Source: Macrostomum lignano (lineage: Eukaryota). From it: 64,000 nucleotides of DNA. The position numbers and the translations under genes were made by a program. The notes beneath the pieces are model-generated. The model had not been told where the DNA came from. It did not search any database and saw nothing but the letters and a program-made list of their open reading frames with translations. The stretch spans positions 434,001 to 498,000 of the forward strand of contig NIVC01000020.1 of NCBI GenBank assembly GCA_002269645.1. The letters are read 5' to 3'. Shown piece by piece: positions 10,354-19,345 of this stretch. Each line of letters starts with the position of its first letter. The stretch's first letter is position 1.

Positions 10354-13300
10354 TCAGTGACGCACGGGATTACCAAAAAACTGCGTAGGGACCCGGTTTC
10401 TAACCGGGTTACGACGCTCTGGCGTGGGTGGCCTACCCGGACTGCCAGGGACTCCGAAATCTACTGCTTCGGGTTGAGGCAGCTGCACCCAATCACTCTC
10501 GCCGTCTTCATCATCATCCTCCTCCTCGTTGTGCTCATCGAATTCCCGTTGCTCAGGACCGGTACACGTTGCCCATCTTGCTCGCTCCGTTCAGCGCGAC
10601 GGTAAAGGTGCAAGTTGTTAAAGTGCACGGTTTTCCTCTTCCGGTTGTTCGTCGGGTGCCCTACCCTGTATCGAGTCGCACTTTCTCGCTTGAACACTTT
10701 CACCGGTCCAGTCCAGTACACATGGAACTTCTTTGCTTCGCCGGTCTCCAGACAAGGCTGATACACGTAGACCAGATCTCCTTCGTTGAATCCCGAACCA
10801 CGAGCTCCCGTGTCGTACTGATCCTTTTGCTGTCTCTGATACGTTGACAGGTTGGTCCGCACGGTGTCGCCAGCTGCTTGCATCTTGCGACGTAGTTCAG
10901 CAACATATACCGTTGTTTCACTCGGCTGCACTTGAGGCGGCTTGTTCATCAGGTCAACAGGCAGTCGCATCTCCTCACCGTACACCAGGTAGTGCGGTGT
11001 GTAGCCGGTTCCTCGATGTACACTGGACCGATACGCCATTAGCACCGCCGGTATAAATTCTTCCCAACTTGACTGCGCTGCTCCATTTTCGACCATCAGG
11101 CTTCTCAAGCTGGTGCCGAGCGTACGATTAAGCTTTCCACTTGACCGTTCCCCATTGGGTGGTACGGTGTCGTTCTTGTCTTCTTGATGCCTAGCAACGA
11201 GCACGGTTCCGTAGTTAATCTTAACTCGAAATTTCGGCCTTGATCCGAGTGCAGGAACTGTGGACATCCGTGTTGACTGATCCAGCGTTCGACAAACACC
11301 TTTGCACAGCTTGCCGCCTTCTGGTTTCGAAGCGGGTACGCATCCGGCCATTTGGTGAAAGCATCTTGAATCGTCAGGACGTACATGTTTCCTTTCCTTG
11401 TTCGTGGAAGCGGTCCGACAATGTCAACCATGACACGTTCAAATGGAGCACCAGTTTGAATCGGCTCGAGGGGTGCTCGGCCTCGCTGCTTCGTCTTTGA
11501 TTTTCCGCAGGTTACACAGCATCGAATGAACTCTTCTACCAGTCTGCCAAGGCCCGGAAACCAAAATCGCGAGGTCACTTTTTTCTTCGTCTTGAAAAAT
11601 CCGCTGTGCGCTCCACTGGCTCCACTGTGTAATTCTGAGATGACCAAATTCGTCGTTTCTGCCGTCAGAACAACTTTGAAATTCTTCTCTGTCCTGATGC
11701 ACAGCAGGTCATTGACCATGCACAGTTCATCTTTTCTGGCCATCAGCGCCTTCCAGTAGGGCGTTCCTGGTCCCGGGTGCCCAGTTCCAAGCGACTCTAG
11801 TCGCCCTGTCTGCACTGCCTGTCTTAGCGGACGTAGTTCAGGATGCTTGAGCTGCGCTTCATGGACGCGTTGTTGGAGTCCCGACTCGAATGTTACTGCA
11901 CCGACCTCAGGCTGCTCCTTGCAGGACGGGCACGTGGTTGCTCCAAAGCGGCTTCTCGGCCTACGTGATAACCCGTCGGCATTCCCATGGTCCCGGCCTG
12001 CTCGATGTATGATCGTGTAGTCAAAGCAGGCTAGCTGCTCCAGCCATCTCGCAGCTTGACCTTCAATATTCTTGAATGAATGCAGCCAGCGCAGACTGCT
12101 GTGGTCGGTTCGAAGAATGAAGTGCTTCCCGAGCAGAAAGTACTTGAATTGGCGAATAAAGGTGACTGCAGCGAGGAGCTCAACGCGGGTCGTGCAGTTA
12201 TTCCGCTCTGCAGATGACAGGGTGCGTGATCCGTACGCAATGACTTTCTCCGACCCGTCCGGTTGCAGCTGAGATAGGACGCCTCCGATTCCCACTGACG
12301 AACTGCCATCTGTATCCAAGATGAACGGCGGTGCATCTGGAGCGAAGTTCGGGTACGCCATGACCTGTTCTCCGGTCAGCGCCTCTTTCAGCCGCTGGAA
12401 GGCTTCTTCTTGGGCCGGTCCCCACTGGAACGGTGATGTAGATCTCGTCAGTTCCGTCAACGGTTCAGCTGTGTGCGAAAAATCTTGAATAAAACGCCTG
12501 TAGTAGCCAACAGTGCCGAGAAACGCTTGCACATCCTTGAAAGTGCATGGTGTCGGCCACTCGCAAATGCTCGGACCTTCTCTGGGTCAGTTCCGATGCC
12601 GTCCGCCGAGACTCGATGACCCAGAAAGCTCACTTCGGAACTGAGCAGCTCGCACTTCTTCGGATTCAGCTTTAGATTTGCACTTCTCAGCCGCTGAAAA
12701 ATTTCACTCAACCTGGCCAGATGATCTTCCACGGTGTTGGAAAAAACTAAAATGTCGTCCAGATACACGAGGCATATCTTCCAGGCCAATGGGTGCAGCA
12801 CAGTTTGCATGATGCGGCTGAACGTTGCTGGGCCGTTGGTGACACCAAACGGCATCACTAGCCATCGGAATTGCCCGCGGTGCGGCACAGCAAATGCGGT
12901 CTTGTCTCGGTCTTCTGCAGCCACCGGAACTTGATGGTAGCCAGATCGCAGATCTAGGGAACTGTACACGGCTGTTCCATGTAGCGCTTCTAGGGCTTCA
13001 TCGACGCGAGGTAGCGGAATGGCGTCCTTAACGGTCACGTCGTTGACCCGACGATTGTCCACGCACATTCGAAGCGAATTGTCTTTCTTTCGCACACAGA
13101 CCACTGGCGAGCTCCATGGGGACATTGCTCTTCGATTTTTCCTTGCGCCAGAAGCTCATCAAGTTGCTCGTCTACTTCTGCTCGAAGATGTGGCGGCAGT
13201 CGTCGTGGAGCCTGTTTGATAGGTCTTGCCGTCCCCGTGTCGATTCGGTGCTCACTGACATTCGTTACCGTGGCCTCGGCAAGTTCGGTTGCAAATACGT

Positions 13301-14273
13301 CTCTGTTGCACTGGATTAGCGCTTTGAACTTCGCCTCTTGCTCTGCCGACAAACCACAACTTCCCCAATTCTTCAGACCTGCTAGGAGCTCCTCGGCCGC
13401 CTCACTCTCTTCTTGGCGAGGCTTTTCCAGTGTCGGAGCTGCATCCTTGGCTTCACTCAACGTTGCTAGCGCGATGAGCTGCAGCAGATCGAGCGGATGG
13501 TACCACGCAACTGTCTCGCCCTTGCGGATGGTGACAGGAACCTCCGAGAAGTTTGCCAGCCGTACGGGGACTCGAGCGTCTTCCGTGGGCATCACTAAGG
13601 ACCTCGCTAACACCGCGGAACCTGCGCGCTTCCGGTCTTGACTTTCCTCAATTACTCCTGGGCTTCTCGTGCATCGTCCTCTTCCACCCTTCATTAAGAA
13701 TCGACCAGATGCTATCTTCTCTGCTCCAGGCGGAACCACAATTCGCTCCGACGCTAGAATGCGACACACAGTCGCAGGCCGTTGGTGAAAACGTAGCGGA
13801 ACGCTGGCATCTGCTAGGTGAAGTACACCATCTTGAAAATCGATGCGGCAGTTGTGCTTAAGCAGAAAGTCGGCTCCCATTAACAGCTCGTAGGAAACCG
13901 ACGAGGATACTAGAGCTGTTATACTCAATTCGCTCTCGCCTATCATTAACGGAAGTTGGCAGATCGCACTGATGTTGATTGGGCTGCCGTTGGCAGCATG
14001 GATTGTTGATTTATGAGGCTGAATACTCGGTGGCGATTTTGTCCAAGTCTTTCTCACTCTCTGAAGCAAAGCTTCATTTATGATCGTCACAGCAGCGCCC
14101 GAGTCGACACATGCAGAGACCACCTGACCACCGATTTGACAGGACACGTACACACTGGTGGGATGCATCATCAGACTTGGTGTGTCGACCGGCTGCTGAC
14201 TGGACGGGGGAGGCTTGGCTGACTGGATTAGAGGCCCTGGCTCCCCTTCCCAGGACCTCTGTTGAAGTTTCCC
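10354..14273 (-). CDS. pol: Gypsy Pol (protease, RT, RNase H, integrase) with several single-base frameshifts
   Basis: VDSGAAVTII (PR); SPWSSPVV, LDLRSGYHQV and YLDDILV (RT); ILDTDGS and ILRTDH (RH); H..H..C..C, VDIVG, HSDQG, NGQVE and WTGPVKV (IN). Frame breaks near 13125, 12535, 11150 and 10540; the tail RRNPVRNRVP...PVRH ends in a stop at 10354. Confidence 0.9.
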
Positions 14274-15333
14274 GACCGACAATTCTTGGCCAGATGACCC
14301 GGCTGGTTGCACGCGTAGCAACGCCTCGGACCGCCGGTCCTCGCCGCTGGGTTTGACTGCGGTTGCTGCATCATTCCGGAGCGACTCGGGCACTCGCGCG
14401 CTAGGTGGCCGATGTTTCCACACTGAAAGCAAGCACCGGCCTGCCTCTGCTGCTGCCCTGCCAGATGACTAGGGGTCGCGCCATACACGCAGGCCCCTCT
14501 GCCACCTTGCAACCCAGGCCCCGGGCCGCGCGAACGCGCAGACCCAGAAGACAAGGGTGCAGCAGACTGTTGAGGAGGCGGTGCCTGATTCAGCCGCTTC
14601 AACTGCCCTTCCAGGTCTCGAATCCGTTGTTGAAGTTCTTCTAATCCGTCTGAACTGGTGCCTCCGGTATTCACCGCACCAACGGTCGAAGCAATTTTCC
14701 GGTAAGCCTGTTCTGAACCTGTCGGCTTGGCGGCTCGACCGGCGGCCTCCTTTCGTCGCACGCAACGAACCGCATCCGTAAGGGTGGCGGGTTGCTGCAG
14801 CATAACGTACTCTTTGACATGTTCCGGTGCTCGAATGCCCTTCTTGAAGCGGTCTCTGGCAAAGCTGTTGATGATTCCGACTGGCATGTCTTCATCTGGG
14901 TACGCGTTCCTTGCTAACTCTAACAGCACATCCGCATAAGTCTCATACGTCTCGCCCTCTTTTTGGACTCGCGACTCCAGCTCCAGCTTGAAATCCTCGG
15001 CCGTGCGGTGCTGCTGGAACCTTTCTAGGAGTGCATCGGTGAAATCATCATACGTGGCACCCTCCTCCAGCTGAATATTCTCCACTGCCGCGAAAGCCGT
15101 ATTTAGATCCAAGAAGCTGAGGAGATGAGGCCGGCGATCGTCTTCCACTATCTGCGATGCTTCACAATAGGCATTGAACCTCTGCAACCATAGCCTGAAA
15201 TTATCTCCAATGAGTACTTCGGGGGCTTCGCTGGCCGCTGTACATTCTGTGCCACGTTGATGTCCTGCTGCAACGCCCGACGAACTGACGCCGACATTAA
15301 CTCCACCAGTCTATTCACACCTTCGTCTCCCAT
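14228..15333 (-). CDS. gag: Gypsy Gag with two CCHC zinc knuckles (one frameshift near 15215)
   Basis: MGDEGVNRL... joins ...LQRFNAYCEASQI; CFQCGNIGHLAREC and CYACNQPGHLAKNC. Confidence 0.88.
14267..14273 (-). promoter_or_regulatory. -1 ribosomal frameshift slippery heptamer G GGA AAC (gag to pol)
   Basis: Gag frame TCG GGA AAC (S-G-N) and pol frame GGG AAA CTT (G-K-L), just after the second zinc knuckle; canonical X XXY YYZ phasing. Confidence 0.8.
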
Positions 15334-15490
15334 CACGACAGCGCAATCGTATGCTCGACACCGACAGAAAAACAACGACGTAAAAACGACACTAACAAAT
15401 CGGAAGCAATCCCTCCTCCAAACAGATCCCTAGCAGCACTAATCTAAACTATTCTAACACGAGCTCATAAACACCCTCAAGCACAATACG

Positions 15491-15508
15491 ATCCTGGTCA
15501 CGGCACCA
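15491..15508 (-). other. Primer binding site complementary to the tRNA-His 3' end
   Basis: Minus strand TGGTGCCGTGACCAGGAT one base after the 5' LTR; its complement ATCCTGGTCACGGCA-CCA is the 3' end of invertebrate tRNA-His(GUG) as I recall it. Confidence 0.8.
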
Positions 15509-15509
15509 A

Positions 15510-17299
15510 TGTTGTGTCCCGAGACGGACCAGCCAGCTACGTCTGGCGCTCTGTACGAGCAGGAAAACGCAGCCCCAGTCCTGCTGCTTGCCAACCCACT
15601 GTCGCACAAACGCGCAGGCAGTAGGCCAGCAACCAGGGTCGCAGCGAACGCACAGGCCCCGGTGACAAAGTCCTAGAGGCACTTGACCCCGAAATAACAG
15701 GAACAGAACGATACTTACTGTGGCGCGGATACTTGGCGCGCTGGGCGTCTTTGTTGAAGACGATTGTTGGCACGCTTGTTTTTGGTTTATTGTCATATAC
15801 TATTTGCGGCGAAGGAGTCAGAGGAGAAGCGGTCGCATGGGGGGGAGAGGACAGGAGCGCACGCCAATAAATATCTGCCAGCACAACATGGGGTGGGGCA
15901 AAAGCTGCAGGGTAAGAGAAAAGGCGGGGTGCGTAGAGAGAGCGAGCGGGGATTGGCTGCAGCCACACAAAACGCGACTGGGGGGTAGAAAACCAGAATT
16001 ACAGAAAACAGCGACAGCCATGAGAGAGCACGGAGGGGGAGGGATAATAATAATCAGGGGTGAGAAAGTTGCAGACATAGGCTGGACAAATAAACAACTA
16101 CAATAATATTCCTTTTTACGTTCTATCTGACAAAAACTGCAACCAATTTGGCCACGGCTCAGCCTGACGCAGCCGCAGCAATTTTCCATAGACAGCCACC
16201 GCTAGCGGCAACCAATCTGGCAAAAACTGCGAGCTATTCCGCCAGCTTGAAGATAGCAGCTCAATAGCATAACAATAACGATAAAGAATGTTAACAATAC
16301 ATGCACGAAGTCAGAACATTATGTCCTCAGCATTCAAGCACCGATTGAAGTACGTCTGGGAATGGTTGATCCAGCGCAGGCACTTGAGAGGCGTGATGCA
16401 GTTCAGTGCTTGCTGCACTTCTCTCTTCAGAATGCGCATCCTGTGCTGATGCAGTGTCGCACCTGCTGCAGCAGCCAGTCCAGTATCTGCCACCTCGCGC
16501 TGAATGGCAGGTGATTGCAATTGCGTTTTCAGCTTGGCCTTCAGCGCTGAGCCTGCGTACTCCGCCGGGTTGATGAACGGCGAGTATGGAGGCAGGAATC
16601 GGTGAGCATGACCTTCAGACATCCCAGGGACACCTAGGTGAGCGCGAGCCCCATCGGACAGTAGCACAAACTCCTCTTCCATCAGAACATCGATCTCAGA
16701 GAGGAATTCCATGAAGTGCTCGTTCGAATTGAACAATGGTGTCCACCATAGCCTCCGTCAGCGCCATCCTCTTCACTCCTCCTTTTGGCAGAGTGCCAAC
16801 TCTACCAGTTCGTTCATACGTGGTCACGATGTTCCTCACTGTCGGTTTCTTCATCCCCATCATTCTGCCAAGCTCTCCCCAGTCGTCACCACTCCTGTAC
16901 GCTCTCACGATTCGCTCTCGATCCAGCTGACTTATCTTTTGGTACGGCCCACGATTCGCCATCAGAGCAGCTGCTATCTTCAAGCCGGCAAAACAGCTCG
17001 CAGTTTTCACCAAATTGGCTGCCGCCAGCGGTGGCTGTCTATGGAAAATTCTATGTCTATGGTCAGGCTGAGCCGTGGCCAAATTGGTTGCAGCTTTCAT
17101 CAAATAGAACGTAAAAAGGTATAGTTCATCAATTGATTGGGTCTAGTGCAGTGGCACCAAAAAAATAAATAAAATACTCTAAGAAAATAGCTCACAACAA
17201 GTTGCAAGCATGGAAGGGGTGGGGAAGGTTGGCAGAGGGAGAGAGAGAGATAGAGAGACTACAGTAAGGGCAAATACATTGAGTTACGAATTCACAACA
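15510..17299 (-). repeat. 5' LTR, interrupted by a 1013-bp DNA transposon
   Basis: 15510-16108 plus 17122-17299 match the 3' LTR. Confidence 0.95.
16109..17121 (-). mobile_element. Internally deleted Tc1/IS630-like (DDE_3) transposon nested in the 5' LTR
   Basis: TA duplication (16107-08 and 17122-23); ~150 bp imperfect TIRs (TTCCTTTTTACG.../...CGTAAAAAGGTA); HTH MANRGPYQKISQLDRERIVRAY...; C-terminal LLSDGARAH...LPPYSPFINPAE; the central catalytic region is missing. Confidence 0.92.
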
Positions 17300-18015
17300 A
17301 TTTATAAATTTATCAACTTGATCCAATTCATTATTAAAAATTGACAACAGTATTCAATCCTAAAGGGCAAAAAAATTAACATGCATTAGCATAAATATGG
17401 AATCAAATATACGACTACGAACTACATATTATAAAAGTATAAATTGCCTAAAAGTCTAACTAAAAAATCACAGATAAGAGCTCTGGAAATGGCATATACA
17501 AGCTATAGGCATTTCAAGACCTCGTAGCAAGCGTCCCCTCCAAAAAGACAGCACAGCACAGCACACGTGCGAAGCACATTGAGCCTTCTGGCATCAAAGC
17601 TGAACAAAACCATCAACAAAATAAATTAATGAGCAGCTGAATTTGCTCTAAAAAGGCCAGTTTATCTGGTGCTTCAAAAGCTGTGTGCAGCGCATCAGGA
17701 AGTGCATCGAAGTGGATGGGGATTACATTGAGAGACTGGATTGAGATGCTGGTGTCTGAGGCACTGCCCACTTTGAATATCTGCTTGGGTTTCATCATCA
17801 TCTACCTACATGTGTAATACGTAATAAATCATTTTAAAAACTACGCAAAAATCAATATTGTTTTTAACCATTTCAATTGATAACATCTAAAGACAGAAAA
17901 TACCGCCACAAAGTCAAAAAATTAATCAGGCAGTTTATTGAGTTCACATTAAACTTCACCTTACTGTCCGTTATAGGTTATACCAGATCACAGCACAAAA
18001 TAGCATTGGTGCTTC

Positions 18016-18516
18016 TCAAACTGTGCTCTCGAGGCTAACAATTTCATACCTGTCACCACTGTGGCACTCCTCAGTGATTCCAACACTGTATATGCCACAG
18101 AGTGCTGCAATGGCGGCTCCAGTGCCAGCAGCCGCTGTTCCTGACAGTCCAGCTGCTCCAATGCTCTGGCGAACAGTCACAACAAATGGGGTGATGCCTC
18201 CTCCGAAAGCAATTCCACCTGGTTGAAATCCAAGCAGACCAGCAGCCCAAGGTGCAGCAAAAAAGGATCCAACAGCAGCTGCTCCTCCAGCAGCAAGGCA
18301 TGCTCCTGCTTTCCAACCATTGTAACCTGAGTGAGCAACAACAATGCAGAAGGCCAAATGTAAAGCCATGCGAAGATAGCCTTGTTGCAGGCAAGTGCAA
18401 AGATTTATTGAAAAGGTGGACTTACATATTTTTACTTTTTTGTTGTCAGCTAAACATGGTGCAAGTTGGATAGAAACCAGTAAAGCCAAAACTAGAAGCA
18501 CTTTAGCTGACTGCAT
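18016..18516 (-). CDS. IFI27/IFI6 (ISG12 family)-like protein copy A, exons 18426-18516 and 18016-18326, 133 aa
   Basis: Hydrophobic signal-like N-terminus MQSAKVLLVLALLVSIQLAPCLA; GTAAGT...CAG 99-nt intron, phase 1; Gly/Ala-rich LLGFQPGGIA-FGGG...QSIGAAGLS; AATAAA ~75 nt after the stop. Confidence 0.8.
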   Translation of the reverse strand: MQSAKVLLVLALLVSIQLAPCLADNKKVKICKSTFSINLCTCLQQGYLRMALHLAFCIVVAHSGYNGWKAGACLAAGGAAAVGSFFAAPWAAGLLGFQPGGIAFGGGITPFVVTVRQSIGAAGLSGTAAAGTGAAIAALCGIYSVGITEECHSGDRYEIVSLESTV

Positions 18517-19305
18517 TTTTGTTAACTCTAAAAGTTTTTGAAAAATATAATATATAGTTATATATTAATATTTAACAAATGAAAATCAGCCAAGCACAAA
18601 TACTGCATGATTTAATATAACCTTATAATAATGTTCAGATGCATACTTGATATATTCTAGTTAAAAACTTATTTGAGAATGTTTTCTAAATTATTTTTTA
18701 TTTAGGCATCGAAAACTAAGAACACCGAAAAGTGGGATATCAAAATACCTAGAGTAGAACTGAAAAATATGGCCATAGATACCAAAAAAGTTTGAATTGT
18801 ATTCTTTCAGAAATGTTTATTTATTCAGGAGCACAGACAATTATTTGAATGCATATTTTAATTCATCATACTTTCAATTACAGTTCAACAGTAAAGTAAA
18901 TAGTGATTCATATGAGTGAATTTTTAATGTTATTTTTCACACTTTAACTATCCTTTTTTCCTTCTGTATAAAAAACGATCATTTAGCTAGTTCTTTTTTC
19001 TTTCGACTATCCAACTATTTAGCTATTCATCCATTTTGTAATTCAAGTGTATACGCAGAATAGGCCAATGTTTGAACTTCTGTTCATTGCAATTATTGGA
19101 TAAAAAGCTCGTAAATTCATATTCTTTTTTGAATTAAAAACCAGCGCAATATGAAACTTACACTGAATGCGGTGATTAATGATGAAATGAATTTTTAGTG
19201 AAGGTAAAAACCTACTAAATAAAATCGAACGAACGAACCTCTGAATATACACTGTACGTCCTGCACGTTCGTGGACCTCTCACGTGGTTTAAAATATCGA
19301 GCTTC

Positions 19306-19345
19306 TGAATTGAAAGCGAAAATTCTTGAAAGTGAAAACCGAAAA
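19306..19345. promoter_or_regulatory. Cluster of IRF-E/ISRE-like GAAANNGAAA motifs upstream of IFI27-like copy A
   Basis: gaattGAAAGCGAAAattcttGAAAGTGAAAaccGAAA; nearly identical at 35531-35569 while adjacent sequence diverges. Confidence 0.5.

Larger units (their letters stand above)
6711..13388. repeat. Internal head-to-tail tandem duplication (6711-10050 / 10051-13388) of RT-RH-IN plus the J-ORF 5' end
   Basis: ORF track repeats at offsets 3340/3338. Junction ctaggag|caccctcggg at 10050/10051. Only about 3 differences seen (8172-8185, 8833, ~9621). Confidence 0.95.
4553..17299 (-). mobile_element. Ty3/gypsy LTR retrotransposon, full length, with extra J-domain ORF, internal duplication and nested DNA transposon
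   Basis: TG...CA LTRs at both ends; 4-bp TSD ATTT (4549-4552 and 17300-17303); PBS and PPT; gag (2x CCHC) then PR (DSG), RT (YLDD), RNase H and IN (HHCC, DDE) in gypsy order. Confidence 0.97.

Noticed and set aside
15491-15508. tRNA-His gene
   Set aside because: Only the 18-nt 3' end including CCA is present; it is the retroelement PBS.
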